NCBI GenBank assembly: GCA_964539515.1
Contig: CAZIJO010000002.1
Coordinates: forward strand, 25,360 to 89,359
Length of the DNA stretch: 64,000 bases
DNA from: an uncultured Bifidobacterium sp.
GTDB lineage: Bacteria > Verrucomicrobiota > Verrucomicrobiia > Limisphaerales > JADLHS01
Direction: 5' to 3'
Positions 17,952 to 31,305 of the stretch are shown here, piece after piece. Numbering within the stretch: position 1 is the stretch's first letter; each line of letters starts with the position of its first letter. The notes beneath the pieces were generated by a model. That model did not search any database. It was not told the DNA's origin and saw nothing but the letters and a program-made list of their open reading frames with translations. Made by a program: the position numbers and the translations under genes.

Positions 17952-20666
17952 GTGAAACCCCCAATCGCCATGCAGCTCCCCCGGTCCACCCGCCCCCTGA
18001 CGACAGCCATGGCCATGGCCGCATGGCTCTTCCTTGCCGCCGCAACGATTGACGGGCAGACCTACGTCAATTTCGAAGGCAAGCAGACCCGCCCCCTCTG
18101 CCTGTCGCCCGACGGCACACGATTATTCGCGGTGAATACCCCGGACGCGCGACTGTCCGTGTTCGATGTTTCCCATCCCTTGAGCCCCTTCCTGATCGCC
18201 GAAATCCCAGTGGGAGTCGAGCCAGTTTCGGTCAATGCACGCGACAACGACGAGGTCTGGGTCGTCAACGAGGTCTCGGACAGCGTGAGCATCGTCTCCG
18301 TCGCCAACCGCATCGTGGTGGACACGCTGTATGTGAAGGATGAGCCGGCGGACGTGGTGTTCGCGGGCGGTAAAGCCTTCGTATCCAAGTCGCGCAACAA
18401 CCAGATTGCGGTGTTTGATCTTGCGAACCGGACCCTGCTGACCAACCTCGTTGTGTTCGGTGAGAATCCGCGCTCGCTGGCGGTGAACACGAACGGCACG
18501 AAGGTTTTTGCCGCCTTCGCCCTTTCCGGGAATCACACCACCTTGATCCCCGAGGAGGATATCCCGAACGTGCCGGTCGCCCCTCCGCAAATCACCAATG
18601 GCACACCACCGATGAACCCCACCCTGCCGCCACCGCCCCGGGCCGGGCTGATCGTGGACGCCACCAATTCCACGTGGTATCCCTCGTACATCAAATACAC
18701 AATGCCGGACAATGACGTGGTGGAAATTGACGTCTCGACGCTGACGATCAGCCGCTACTTCTCGCGCGTCGGGACGGTGAACTTCGCCCTGGCTGTTCAA
18801 CCGGGCAGCGGGGATCTCTTCGTGGCGAACACCGACGCCCGGAACCTGACCCATTTTGAGCCTGGCTTGCGTGGCTTTTTCGTCACCAACCGGGTGAGCC
18901 GCGTGGCAGTGGCGAGCGGCTTGGTTTCGCACAACGATTTGAACCCCGGCTATCACCCGACCACATTCACGCTGCTCAACAAGACCAATGCCCTCGCCCA
19001 GCCCACCGCCATCGTTTTCGAGACGAACGGAGCTCATTACTTTGTTGCGGCGTTCGGCAGCGACCGCATCGCCCGGGTGGACGCTGCCAGTGGGAACATC
19101 ACCACGCGCATCGAATTGTGTCCCACCGCACCCGGCTCAGCATCCGACCCGCGCAATAAACGCGGAACGCGCGGGCTGGCGCTCAACCCTGGCGTGGCGC
19201 TCTATGCTCTGAACCGCTTGGCCAACAACATTTCGATTGTGGAACTGGCGGGTTACACGGTGGCTAAAGAAGTCCCCATCGGCAGCTACGATCCGACCAC
19301 GAGCCAGATCCGCCAGGGTCGTGGGTTTCTCTATGATGCCAAACTTTCCGGCAACGGCACCGTGTCGTGTGCCTCGTGTCACATTGATGCGGAGATGGAC
19401 TTGCTGGCCTGGGATTTGGGCGATCCCACCGGCCAAATGATAACCAATCAGGTAAGTTTTGGGCTGGTCACCGGGGCCGAGGGTTTCCATCCCATGAAAG
19501 GGCCGCTCACGACGCAGACCTTGCGCGGCCTCGACGGCATGGACCCATTGCACTGGCGCGGCGACCGGACCAATTTCACCCACTTCAACGGCGCCTTCGA
19601 CAGCCTGTTGGGTGGGTCGGCGCTTTCTGCAACCGACATGGACGCCTACCGCGATTTCATCAACACCATCGTGTTTGAGCCAAATCCGAACCAGAACCTT
19701 GATCGCAGTTTTCCAACGAACTTCGCCGGCGGGAATGCCGTGCTCGGACGCAGCACGTTCATTAATACGAATTACCAGAATCCGAGTGTGGCTTTCCCCA
19801 ACGGGCTCAAGTGCAACTCGTGTCACGCCCTGCCCACTGGTTCGGACCGGAAAATCAATTCCGATCTTGTGCTCCCGGGCTCCCAAGGATTCAAAGTGCC
19901 GCATTTGCGTGCCATCTACCAGAAGACCGGCCTGAACCGGACCAAGGGCTCGCCCGCCAGCGGTACCAACAGCATCGGCGGATTCGGAATCCAGCACGAC
20001 GGCAAGTTTGAGGACCTGTTCGCCTTTCTTTCACAGTCGGTCTTCGGCAGTTTTGCCAGCAACGGCAACATTAAATCCAATCTACAGGCATTTGTACTTT
20101 GCTTCGATACCGGCATGGCGCCGGCGGTCGGCTATACGCGGACGGCCCTGAAGACGAATGTCAACACCGCGAGCCTTTCCAATGACTGGTCCCTGCTCGA
20201 AGCGCAGGCGGCGGCGACGAACATTAATCTGATCGCGAAAGGTACCATTGACGGCGTTCATCACGGACTGGTGTACCAACCCGGCACCGACACCTACAAA
20301 CTTGACACGACGAATGCGATGCCGTTCACCCGGGCGCAACTGGTGACCAAAATTCAGGCCGGCGACTCCCTGACTTTGACGGGCGTGCCCCCGGGCACCG
20401 GCCAGCGGATGGGGATCGATCGGGACCTCAACGGCGTGCTGGATGCGGATGAGCCGCGGCCCAGTCTCCAAATCGCGCTGACGGGGTCCAACGCGGTCTT
20501 GCACTGGCCGTTGAGCGCGGCAGGGTTCCGTCTCGAAGCGACGGCCGACGTTACCTTGGACGCCTGGCAATCCATCACCAATGCGGTCGAAATTTTTGGG
20601 GCGCAAAATTTCAGCACCAATGCCCTTGGTGCCGGGGCGAGATTTTTCCGCCTTCATCGACCGTAG
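17952..20666 (+). CDS. secreted YVTN-type beta-propeller fused to di-haem cytochrome c peroxidase-like domain
   Basis: Signal peptide, then N-terminal propeller repeats (LSPDGTRLFAVNTPDARLSVFDV...). There are two CXXCH haem motifs. GRGFLYDAKLSGNGTVSCASCH matches the CCP/MauG signature, and the second motif is LKCNSCH. Start is GTG 17952 or ATG 17970. Confidence 0.8.
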   Translation: MKPPIAMQLPRSTRPLTTAMAMAAWLFLAAATIDGQTYVNFEGKQTRPLCLSPDGTRLFAVNTPDARLSVFDVSHPLSPFLIAEIPVGVEPVSVNARDNDEVWVVNEVSDSVSIVSVANRIVVDTLYVKDEPADVVFAGGKAFVSKSRNNQIAVFDLANRTLLTNLVVFGENPRSLAVNTNGTKVFAAFALSGNHTTLIPEEDIPNVPVAPPQITNGTPPMNPTLPPPPRAGLIVDATNSTWYPSYIKYTMPDNDVVEIDVSTLTISRYFSRVGTVNFALAVQPGSGDLFVANTDARNLTHFEPGLRGFFVTNRVSRVAVASGLVSHNDLNPGYHPTTFTLLNKTNALAQPTAIVFETNGAHYFVAAFGSDRIARVDAASGNITTRIELCPTAPGSASDPRNKRGTRGLALNPGVALYALNRLANNISIVELAGYTVAKEVPIGSYDPTTSQIRQGRGFLYDAKLSGNGTVSCASCHIDAEMDLLAWDLGDPTGQMITNQVSFGLVTGAEGFHPMKGPLTTQTLRGLDGMDPLHWRGDRTNFTHFNGAFDSLLGGSALSATDMDAYRDFINTIVFEPNPNQNLDRSFPTNFAGGNAVLGRSTFINTNYQNPSVAFPNGLKCNSCHALPTGSDRKINSDLVLPGSQGFKVPHLRAIYQKTGLNRTKGSPASGTNSIGGFGIQHDGKFEDLFAFLSQSVFGSFASNGNIKSNLQAFVLCFDTGMAPAVGYTRTALKTNVNTASLSNDWSLLEAQAAATNINLIAKGTIDGVHHGLVYQPGTDTYKLDTTNAMPFTRAQLVTKIQAGDSLTLTGVPPGTGQRMGIDRDLNGVLDADEPRPSLQIALTGSNAVLHWPLSAAGFRLEATADVTLDAWQSITNAVEIFGAQNFSTNALGAGARFFRLHRP

Positions 20667-20917
20667 CCGGGCGGTCACGGACTGGAAGGCAGGCGCGGGG
20701 GCCAATGCCCTGGCGATCGGCGCTTCCGGCTTTGCCGCTGGCGGGCGGGCAATTAGCCGCGGCGAATTTTTGTCAAGCGACGCTTATACCGGGCGAGATT
20801 CGTTGCCATTGCCCTGCTGGATCATTAGATTTTGCACTCGTTGCGCGGGACTCAGACCCCTTGGCGAGGTGGGACCCAAGGGGCAATGCGCCGGGTCCAA
20901 GTAAACTGACCGATTCC

Positions 20918-21703
20918 ATGAGCACTGTGGCTGGCATTCTCAATTCGTCGCTCGGCAAAAAATTCGTGATGGCGGGAACCGGCATCCTGCTTTTTTTGTT
21001 CGTGGTTGGGCATCTGGTCGGCAATCTCCAGGTCTTCGGGGCGCCGGAGTTGATCAACGCCTACGCGCATTTTCTCCAAAGCAAACCGACGCTGGTTTGG
21101 GGAGCGCGGATCGGCTTGCTCGTGGTGGTGGCCTTGCACATCACCACGGCGGTGCAACTTTCCTTCGCCAACAAGGAGGCCCGGCCCGTGGCCTACGCGG
21201 GTGGTGCGGCGTACGGGGCCACCTGGCAGTCGCGCTACATGCTGGGGAGCGGGCTCGTGATCGCGGGCTTCATCCTCTATCACCTCGCCCATTTCACGGC
21301 GCTCCTGCCGGGCATCAACGGGGTGGGGGATTTCTCCAAACTCAAAACGGTGCTCCATGGCGAAACCGTGCCGGATGTTTACGGCATGATGATTCTCGGT
21401 TTCCAGGTGTGGTGGGTGGCGCTGTTCTATCTCGTCGCCCAGGCCATGCTGTTTGTTCACCTCGGCCATGGCTTGGCGAGCATGTTCCAGACGTTCGGAT
21501 GGCGTGATCACGTCTGGTGGCCGCGGATTCAACGGTTTGCCCGGGGCGCGAGCATCGCCATTTTCATTGGCTACGCGCTGATTCCGATCGCCATCTACCT
21601 GCGCCTCGTCGGCGCCGATTACGCCGAACGGAAGAAAGCCGAAATAAATTCCGCGGCCCGGGTCGAGGCCGTCACGCCCGCCGGAAAGGAGGCGACCAAG
21701 TAA
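20918..21703 (+). CDS. sdhC: succinate dehydrogenase / fumarate reductase cytochrome b subunit (b558-type, five TM)
   Basis: [40 protein letters not shown] begins at the in-frame ATG 20918. Several TM helices carry conserved His residues. It lies directly upstream of sdhA and sdhB. Confidence 0.85.
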   Translation: MSTVAGILNSSLGKKFVMAGTGILLFLFVVGHLVGNLQVFGAPELINAYAHFLQSKPTLVWGARIGLLVVVALHITTAVQLSFANKEARPVAYAGGAAYGATWQSRYMLGSGLVIAGFILYHLAHFTALLPGINGVGDFSKLKTVLHGETVPDVYGMMILGFQVWWVALFYLVAQAMLFVHLGHGLASMFQTFGWRDHVWWPRIQRFARGASIAIFIGYALIPIAIYLRLVGADYAERKKAEINSAARVEAVTPAGKEATK

Positions 21704-21704
21704 C

Positions 21705-24439
<2,735 letters not shown>

Positions 24440-24473
24440 TCGATCGGCGGCCTTGCACTTTGGTTCTGGCCGG

Positions 24474-24842
24474 TCAAAGTTGGCCCGGCGAGACGCCGAC
24501 CCCAATAATACTGCACGCTTGAATGATGTTGAGGCCCAGCGCCGCGGCCTCCGCCAGGACTGCTTCCGATTCCGTTCCCGGATTCAACCACAGCTCATCA
24601 CAGCCTTTGGCCGCAATCTCCGGCAGTATCTTCAGGAGCACCGCCGGTGGGAGGTAAACGCTCACCCGGTCTGGCCGCCCCGGAACGTCACCAATGCCCT
24701 TGAAAGCCGGCAAGCCTTCGATGATTTCTTCCTTGGGATTCACCGGCCAGACCACATAGCCCTGCTGCAAAAAGGCACGGACGGCCTTGTTGCCAAATTT
24801 GCTCCGATCGTTCGAGGCGCCGAGAATGGCGACTGTTTTCAT
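24474..24842 (-). CDS. CoA-binding domain protein (YccU-like)
   Basis: MKTVAILGASNDRSKFGNKAVRAFLQQGYVVWPVNPK.. matches the CoA_binding_2 pattern. The track ORF extends to 24890, but the ATG at 24842 fits the family N-terminus. Confidence 0.8.
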   Translation of the reverse strand: MKTVAILGASNDRSKFGNKAVRAFLQQGYVVWPVNPKEEIIEGLPAFKGIGDVPGRPDRVSVYLPPAVLLKILPEIAAKGCDELWLNPGTESEAVLAEAAALGLNIIQACSIIGVGVSPGQL

Positions 24843-24967
24843 GCGGTGATTATCGCGCAGTGCCACCACCAGGCAAGTCCGCAACGGCACGGGTTTGATA
24901 TGCGCCCGATATTCGGCCTTGAATTGAGACGCTGGTTCCTGCGAAATGCCGTCTGCGGAATGGCGCT

Positions 24968-25432
24968 ATGGACTTAGCCGACATCTTAACCAAAGAACAA
25001 ATCCTCCCGGATTTGCGGGCCAGCACCCGATGGGAAGCGATTGATGAACTGGTCAACAATCTGGTGACCAGCGGTAAAATTCAGCCGCAGAATCGCGATG
25101 CCATTGCCGCGGCCGTCAAAAAGCGCGAAACGTCCATGAGCACGGGCATCGGCTTTGGCATTGGCATTCCGCACGCCTCGACGGACTTGATCCCCGAAGT
25201 CGTCGGGGCGTTGGGACGTTCCCGGACCGGCGTCAACTTTGACGCCCTCGACAACCAGCCGGTAAACCTGGTCATGCTTTTCCTGGTGCCCCAGGGTCAG
25301 TTTCAAAAACATCTCCACACGCTTGCCAGCTTCGCAAAAATCCTGCACAAGGCCGAATTCCGCACCGTCCTTGCCCAGGCACCGGATGCCGAGGCCATGT
25401 TGAAAGTCATCAAGGAGCAAGGAAAGAAGTAA
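24968..25432 (+). CDS. ptsN: PTS EIIA(Ntr)-type regulatory protein
   Basis: 154 aa. ILPDLRASTRWEAIDELV; STGIGFGIGIPHAS (active-site His); LVMLFLVP. Confidence 0.8.
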   Translation: MDLADILTKEQILPDLRASTRWEAIDELVNNLVTSGKIQPQNRDAIAAAVKKRETSMSTGIGFGIGIPHASTDLIPEVVGALGRSRTGVNFDALDNQPVNLVMLFLVPQGQFQKHLHTLASFAKILHKAEFRTVLAQAPDAEAMLKVIKEQGKK

Positions 25433-25491
25433 TCGCCCCCTGCCGCTCGGCGGGCGTTTATCCGTGTTCATCTGCGTTCCTGCGTGGTTAA

Positions 25492-27291
25492 ATGATTGCT
25501 GTGTTGCCGCATAAACAAATCGAGCTCCGCCTGCAGGCAGCCGCCCGCGCGGCCTTGCCCGACACGGATGTCACCACCGTCCGCGTCCGCCCCTGCCCCG
25601 ATCCGAAGTTCGGCGATTACCAGAGCGCGGCGATCATGGCGTTGGCCAAAGCCCGCAAACTCAATCCGCGCCAACTGGCCGCCGACGTCGTTGCCCGGCT
25701 CGACGTGTCCCCATGGTGCGAGAAAGTGGAAATCGCCGGCGCCGGATTCTTGAATTTTTGGCTCCGGCCGGATGTGCTTCACGAATCCTTGGAAGCCGCC
25801 TTGCGCGGCGAGCATTTGTTTTTCGCCCCGGCCGCCGAGCCGCGTACGGTAGTCGTGGATTTCAGTTCGCCGAATGTCGCCAAGCCAATGCATGTCGGTC
25901 ACATTCGCTCCACGATCCTCGGCGACAGCCTCGCCCGCCTCCTCCGTCTGCTCGGGCATCGGGTGGTCACGGACAACCATATCGGTGACTGGGGGACGCA
26001 GTTCGGCATGCTGCTCGTTGGCTGGAAGACTTTGCTGGACCGGAAGGCGTTGGACCGCGACGCGATCGGTGAACTGGAACGGATTTACCGGGCGATCAAC
26101 GCGCAGTGCGACGCCGACAAGCCGACCTACGACCGCACGACGCATGAGGCGGCTCGCGCCGAGCTGGTGAAACTCCAGCAGGGTGACGCCGAAAACCTGG
26201 CGATTTGGCGCGAGATGATCCGGCTGTCGCAAATCCAGTTCGACGCCATTTACGGCCGGTTGGGGGTGAAGTTTGATCATGCCCTCGGGGAAAGCTTTTA
26301 CAACCCACGCCTCCCGGACATTGTGACGGAACTCATGGCCAAGGGCATCGCCCGCGAAAGCGAAGGCGCGAAATGCGTCTTCAGCGACGGAACGTTGCCG
26401 CCCAAGGAAGACCCGTTCCTCATTCAGCGCGATGGGGAATGGCAGCCCAACCCGCAGCTCATCCAGAAACGCGACGGCGGTTACAATTACGCCACGACCG
26501 ATCTGGCCACCATCGCGCACCGGCTCGAGTGCTGGCAGCCGCAGGAAATCGTCTATGTCACCGATGGCCGCCAGCAGTTGCACTTCCAGCAATTGTTCGC
26601 CACCTTCCGGCGCTGGCATCCGGAACTCACCCGCCAGGTGAAGCTCGCGCACGTTTGGTTCGGCTCGATCCTGGGCGACGACGGCAAGCCACTGAAAACG
26701 CGCACCGGTGAAAATGTAAAGCTCGCCGAACTGCTCGACGAGGCCGAGGAGCGCGCTTACAAGGTGGTCTCGGAGAAAAATGCCGCGTTGCCGGAGGCGG
26801 CGCGCCGTGAGATCGCCCGGGTGATTGGTCTTGGCGCGGTCAAATATGCCGACCTGCTCCCGAACCGGCAGAGTGATTACGTTTTCAATTGGGACAAGAT
26901 TCTGGCGCTGAATGGCAACACCGCGCCGTATTTGCAATACGCCTACGCGCGGATTCAGAGTATTTTTCGCAAAGGCGAAATCGCGGAATCCGGGTTCAGC
27001 GGTAGTCCCGTGGAAATCAAGCTGGCCGCGCCGGAGGAAGTCGCCCTCGCCCGCCAGCTTTTGAACTTTGGCCTCGTCCTGGAATCGGCCGCCGAGGAAT
27101 ACCGGCCCAACTTCATCTGCAACTATCTCTTCGAGCTCGCCAGTTACTTCTCGCGGTTCTTCGAGAACTGCCCCGTGCTCAAAGCCGAGCCCGCCGTGCG
27201 CGCCAGCCGCCTCGCATTGTGCGAGCTGACGGCCCGCGTCCTGGCGCAGGGCCTGGATATTCTGGGGATCGAAACCGTACCGAGCATGTAG
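25492..27291 (+). CDS. argS: arginine--tRNA ligase
   Basis: 599 aa. The class I HIGH motif is in SSPNVAKPMHVGHIRSTILGD. The C-terminal anticodon-binding DALR-like region ends ..GIETVPSM. Confidence 0.95.
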   Translation: MIAVLPHKQIELRLQAAARAALPDTDVTTVRVRPCPDPKFGDYQSAAIMALAKARKLNPRQLAADVVARLDVSPWCEKVEIAGAGFLNFWLRPDVLHESLEAALRGEHLFFAPAAEPRTVVVDFSSPNVAKPMHVGHIRSTILGDSLARLLRLLGHRVVTDNHIGDWGTQFGMLLVGWKTLLDRKALDRDAIGELERIYRAINAQCDADKPTYDRTTHEAARAELVKLQQGDAENLAIWREMIRLSQIQFDAIYGRLGVKFDHALGESFYNPRLPDIVTELMAKGIARESEGAKCVFSDGTLPPKEDPFLIQRDGEWQPNPQLIQKRDGGYNYATTDLATIAHRLECWQPQEIVYVTDGRQQLHFQQLFATFRRWHPELTRQVKLAHVWFGSILGDDGKPLKTRTGENVKLAELLDEAEERAYKVVSEKNAALPEAARREIARVIGLGAVKYADLLPNRQSDYVFNWDKILALNGNTAPYLQYAYARIQSIFRKGEIAESGFSGSPVEIKLAAPEEVALARQLLNFGLVLESAAEEYRPNFICNYLFELASYFSRFFENCPVLKAEPAVRASRLALCELTARVLAQGLDILGIETVPSM

Positions 27292-27332
27292 CCCGCGGGG
27301 ACCATCACACCCGGCCAGCGATGGGCCCGCGC

Positions 27333-28433
27333 CTAGGCAGAGGGCAGCGGCAGGGAAAAGGCGAACACGGCGCCGCCCGCTGGATCGTTCCGACCCCAGA
27401 TGCGTCCGCCGTGATCTTCAACGATCTTTTTGCAAATGGACAGACCAAGCCCGCTGCCATGGCCCTTGCCGTGGGTGGCAAACGGTTGGAACAGCTTTTC
27501 CGCCATGGCCGGGGCGATACCCGGCCCGGTGTCGGCAACCTCGGTAACCACTTCCTGCGCGCTTTGGCTGAAGCGCAAGGTGACGGTGCCGTTGCCGGGC
27601 ATCGCATCGGTGGCGTTATGCACCAAGTTGATGAATACCCGGCGCAGCCGCTTCGCATCGAGGTTCAACGTCGTGGCCGGGGCCGGGGCCGGCAGGTCGA
27701 GGTGCACGGATTTCAGCTCCAGCTCGGGGCCGAGCTCCGCAACCAACGAGTCCATAAACGACGCGTAGCTGAGCGGCACCAGCGTGGAGTTCGGACTGTC
27801 CTCGGAAAACTGAAGCATATCGGTAATCAAGTCGTTGATGCGCCGGATCTGCTTCTGGATCCGGGTCTGCGCCGAAGCGCGCAACGGCAACGGCGCGTCC
27901 GCCTTGCAAAACATGTCCGCCGTCAGGCTGATGATGTTCAGCGGATTCTTCAAGTCGTGGACGATGGATCGCGCAAAAAGGCCCACGGCCGCGAGCCGTT
28001 CGGCCTGCACCACTTCGTGGAGATAATGGTGGTTGAACTCGCGTAATCGCCGGCTGATGAGCTGGACCAGGGCCGAAGCCAGCACCGGGGACCGCTCGAC
28101 CAGGCCCAGCAACTCCGCCCGCGGCAGGAAGTAAACTGTGGTGGGCCGGGTGGCGGTGGCGCAGGCGGAGCGCGGCAGTTGTTCGATCACGGCCATCTCG
28201 CCGAATACGTTCCCGGGCCCGACCAGCGAGAACACCCGCCGCAGGTTTGGATTGACCTGCCCGGAGATTTCCACCAACCCCTCCCGGACCACGAACGCAC
28301 CGTCGCCGGGATCCCCTTCCCGAAACACCTCCTGGCCGGCGGCATAGGTTCGCTCCGCGGCCACCCGGAGCAGGGCGGCGATCTCCTCCGGCCGGAGGAG
28401 GCAAAACAATTCAGCGGACTCGAGGGCAACCAT
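27333..28433 (-). CDS. cyclic-nucleotide-binding domain sensor histidine kinase
   Basis: N-terminal cNMP-binding fold (FREGDPGDGAFVVREGLVEI..FGEMAVI). H-box SIVHDLKNPLN. ATPase G-boxes DTGPGI and GSGLGLSICKKIV. Confidence 0.9.
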   Translation of the reverse strand: MVALESAELFCLLRPEEIAALLRVAAERTYAAGQEVFREGDPGDGAFVVREGLVEISGQVNPNLRRVFSLVGPGNVFGEMAVIEQLPRSACATATRPTTVYFLPRAELLGLVERSPVLASALVQLISRRLREFNHHYLHEVVQAERLAAVGLFARSIVHDLKNPLNIISLTADMFCKADAPLPLRASAQTRIQKQIRRINDLITDMLQFSEDSPNSTLVPLSYASFMDSLVAELGPELELKSVHLDLPAPAPATTLNLDAKRLRRVFINLVHNATDAMPGNGTVTLRFSQSAQEVVTEVADTGPGIAPAMAEKLFQPFATHGKGHGSGLGLSICKKIVEDHGGRIWGRNDPAGGAVFAFSLPLPSA

Positions 28434-28568
28434 GACTGCACTCTAGGCAGAAATTCCGGCGCGTAAAGCAAAGACCTCACGGCGATGGAGCTTCCGGCAA
28501 TCCCTTTTCAATCCGACTTCGCTTTGCCGATTGACTCGCCCGGTGGCTGCCGCAAATTATCCGGCGCC

Positions 28569-30119
28569 ATGAAGAAAATCACCCGCGCCCTGCTATCCGT
28601 TTCCGACAAATCTGGACTGCTCCCCTTTGCCCAGGCCCTTGCGGCGACCGGGGTGGAACTGATCTCGACGGGCGGCACCGCCCGGGCGCTCCGCGAGGCC
28701 GGCCTGGCCGTCAAGGATATCAGCGAACACACCGGTTTTCCGGAAATGCTCGATGGCCGCGTGAAAACGTTGCACCCGAAAGTCCACGGCGGACTGCTCT
28801 TCATCCGCGGAAACGAAAACCATGAAGCGGCGGTGCAGGCCCACGGCATTGCGCCAATTGACCTGGTGGTGGTCAATCTGTATCCGTTCGAGGCCACCGT
28901 GGCGAAACCGGATGTGTCGTTGCCCGATGCCATTGAGAATATTGACATCGGCGGCCCGTCCATGCTCCGCAGTGCGGCCAAAAATCATGAAAGTGTGACC
29001 GTGATTGTGGACCCCAAAGACTACGAGGTCGTGATGGCGCAGATCAAGGCGGACGGCAACACGACGCTCCACCTTCGCCGCCAACTGGCCGCGAAAGTAT
29101 TCGCGCGCACCGCCGCTTACGATGCCGCCATCGCTGCGCACCTGCAACGGGCATTCACCCCCGAAGAAAACAACGTGCCTGCGGCGCTTACAATCTCCGC
29201 GCCGCTCGCACAAACGTTGCGTTACGGCGAGAACCCGCACCAGACAGCGGCTTTGTATGGCAAGTTTGGCGAGTTTTTCCGACAACTCCACGGCAAGGAA
29301 CTTTCCTACAATAATATTCTCGACCTCACCGCGGCGGCGGCGCTGATCGGTGAATTTGCCACGGACCAGCCGACGCTGGCGATTCTCAAGCACACGAACC
29401 CCTGCGGCGTGGGGCAGGGCGCCAACTTGCGCGAAGCGTGGGACAAAGCGTTCGCCACGGACCGCCAGGCGCCCTTTGGCGGCATCATCGCCGTAAACCG
29501 CCCGTTGGATGGCGAATGCGCCAAGGTCATGGCCGAGATTTTCAGCGAAGTGATCGTTGCCCCGGAGTTCAGCGCCGAAGCCCTGGCAGTATTGCAGCCG
29601 AAGAAGAACCTGCGTCTCCTGCAGGTCTTGAAACCGGGCTCGGCGGCACAACCGTGGGACGTGCGGAGCGTGGGGGCAGATTCATTTCTCGTGCAATCGC
29701 GCGACTTGAAAGCAACCACCGCGGCGGATCTGAAGATAGTCACCCGGCGCCCGCCGACGGAAATGGAGTTGCGGGCGATGCTCTTCGGCTGGCGCGTGGT
29801 AAAGCATGTGAAATCCAATGCCATCGTTTACGTTGCCGCTGACCGCACCTTGGGGGTCGGGGCGGGGCAGATGAGCCGGGTGGATGCGAGCCGCATCGCA
29901 GTTTGGAAGGCCGGAGCCGCGAAGTTGCCGCTCCAGGGTAGCGTGGTTTGCAGCGATGCCTTTTTTCCATTCCCCGATGGGTTGATCACGGCCGCGGAGG
30001 CGGGCGCGACCGCCGCGATTCAGCCGGGCGGTTCGGTCAAGGACGCCGAGGTCATCGCCGCAGCCGATGAGCGCGGAATGGCGATGGGCTTCACAGGGAA
30101 ACGACACTTTCGGCACTAA
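28569..30119 (+). CDS. purH: bifunctional AICAR transformylase / IMP cyclohydrolase
   Basis: [21 protein letters not shown].. (MGS-like domain), [10 protein letters not shown], and C-terminal ..FTGKRHFRH. The ATG at 28569 is preferred over the track start at 28485. Confidence 0.95.
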   Translation: MKKITRALLSVSDKSGLLPFAQALAATGVELISTGGTARALREAGLAVKDISEHTGFPEMLDGRVKTLHPKVHGGLLFIRGNENHEAAVQAHGIAPIDLVVVNLYPFEATVAKPDVSLPDAIENIDIGGPSMLRSAAKNHESVTVIVDPKDYEVVMAQIKADGNTTLHLRRQLAAKVFARTAAYDAAIAAHLQRAFTPEENNVPAALTISAPLAQTLRYGENPHQTAALYGKFGEFFRQLHGKELSYNNILDLTAAAALIGEFATDQPTLAILKHTNPCGVGQGANLREAWDKAFATDRQAPFGGIIAVNRPLDGECAKVMAEIFSEVIVAPEFSAEALAVLQPKKNLRLLQVLKPGSAAQPWDVRSVGADSFLVQSRDLKATTAADLKIVTRRPPTEMELRAMLFGWRVVKHVKSNAIVYVAADRTLGVGAGQMSRVDASRIAVWKAGAAKLPLQGSVVCSDAFFPFPDGLITAAEAGATAAIQPGGSVKDAEVIAAADERGMAMGFTGKRHFRH

Positions 30120-30147
30120 CCCGGATTGCCGTTTCAACGACACGCTG

Positions 30148-30537
30148 CTATTGCAGCATCCACCCAATCAGCGCCGCTTCACCCAGCAACACGCCCACGA
30201 CCATTGCCCAGACGAGCGCTTCTCGCAGGCGAAGACTCTGCTGGCAGGTTTCACGGAGCCGGAAGCAGAGTTGCGCGGCGCCAGCGGTGATCAAGTCGCC
30301 ATTCTGCAAACGGGCACGCGCGAGCGGCGTTTGATTCACGGTCACGAGCGCGCCGGGGGAGACGGTCAGCACGAATCCTTCCGCCGGGTTCAACGCCACC
30401 TGGAGATGCTGATCCCACACGCCGGCCTCCTCCAGTTGCAGGTCATTCCCGGCAGCGCGTCCGAGACGTACGGGAAATCGGCGGGCATTCCAGAGAACAC
30501 CCGCCGATCGGCCGGAAAGAATTTGAAACTGGACCAT
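30148..30537 (-). CDS. FHA-domain protein with C-terminal TM helix
   Basis: FPVRLGRAAGNDLQLEEAGVWDQHLQV fits the FHA G-R...D..L...S/W..H signature. C-terminal helix LVWAMVVGVLLGEAALIGWML. Its start abuts the Wza-like stop with 0 nt between them. Confidence 0.8.
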   Translation of the reverse strand: MVQFQILSGRSAGVLWNARRFPVRLGRAAGNDLQLEEAGVWDQHLQVALNPAEGFVLTVSPGALVTVNQTPLARARLQNGDLITAGAAQLCFRLRETCQQSLRLREALVWAMVVGVLLGEAALIGWMLQ

Positions 30538-31278
30538 TTACCAGAGGCCACGAAGCTTGACCTCAATCTTGTCGCCGGGAAAAACCGGCGGATCCAAGGC
30601 TGGATTTCCCGCTGCCTTGACGCAATTGACCTTGATGGTTTTTCCGTCGACACGCGTGAGTACCACGTTCCGACGATCGGCGAAATCGTTGAAATCGCCG
30701 GCGGACTGAATTGCCTTCGTGACAGTGGTGGGGCCGAGATACTCCTGGCGACCCGGGCTCCGCACCTGGCCGCCGACGTGATAGACCCGCCGGTCGGACA
30801 ATACCGTCACGGTCAGTCGCTTGTAGTAGTCGGGAACGTAGGCGTCGGTGATGGCTTTCTGAAGTTCTCCCGACGTCTTACCATCCGCCTTGACGGCCCC
30901 GATCAATGGCAAAGTCAGGGTGCCATCGTCCTTGATCCGTTCTTCGTGCGGTTGCGGCGGATCGCTGATACCGGAGAACACAATGCGAATGAGGTCGCCG
31001 ATGGCCAGACGATCGATGCTGGTGGCAAACAAACTATTGCTATCCGATCCAGAAGTTGCGGTGGCGGCGGGTGCCGCCGCGGCAACGGTGGCCGGCGCGG
31101 CAGCCGGATTGGCCGGATTATTGGTGTCGGATTTCGTCCCGGGCTCAACGCCCGGAACATCGGAAAACCCAATCTTGTCGTCCGGCGTCTGACAACCGGC
31201 GGCGAGCAAACCGGCCAATACGATCAGCCCCAAGCATGGCTTTACCCGCGCGCTGATTCTCGCAATTGAATTCTTCAT
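30538..31278 (-). CDS. polysaccharide export outer-membrane lipoprotein (Wza-like, Poly_export + SLBB)
   Basis: Lipobox LLAAGC. GTLTLPLIGAVKADGKTSGELQKAITDAYVPDYYKRLTVTV. C-terminal GDKIEV. Confidence 0.85.
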   Translation of the reverse strand: MKNSIARISARVKPCLGLIVLAGLLAAGCQTPDDKIGFSDVPGVEPGTKSDTNNPANPAAAPATVAAAAPAATATSGSDSNSLFATSIDRLAIGDLIRIVFSGISDPPQPHEERIKDDGTLTLPLIGAVKADGKTSGELQKAITDAYVPDYYKRLTVTVLSDRRVYHVGGQVRSPGRQEYLGPTTVTKAIQSAGDFNDFADRRNVVLTRVDGKTIKVNCVKAAGNPALDPPVFPGDKIEVKLRGLW

Positions 31279-31305
31279 GAACCTTTTCGATAACAGACAG
31301 CCAAA

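Noticed and set aside
28434-28568. ZTP (pfl) riboswitch upstream of purH.
   Set aside because: purH is a classic ZTP-riboswitch target, but the leader lacks the conserved GGGUCGUGACUGGCG and CCGCCUGGGC elements. Only a weak GACTCGCC resemblance is present.
30148-30537. The FHA-domain protein as a missing component of the T7SS-like locus.
   Set aside because: It lies about 28 kb away and abuts the Wza-like gene with 0 nt between them. It belongs to the EPS export operon.
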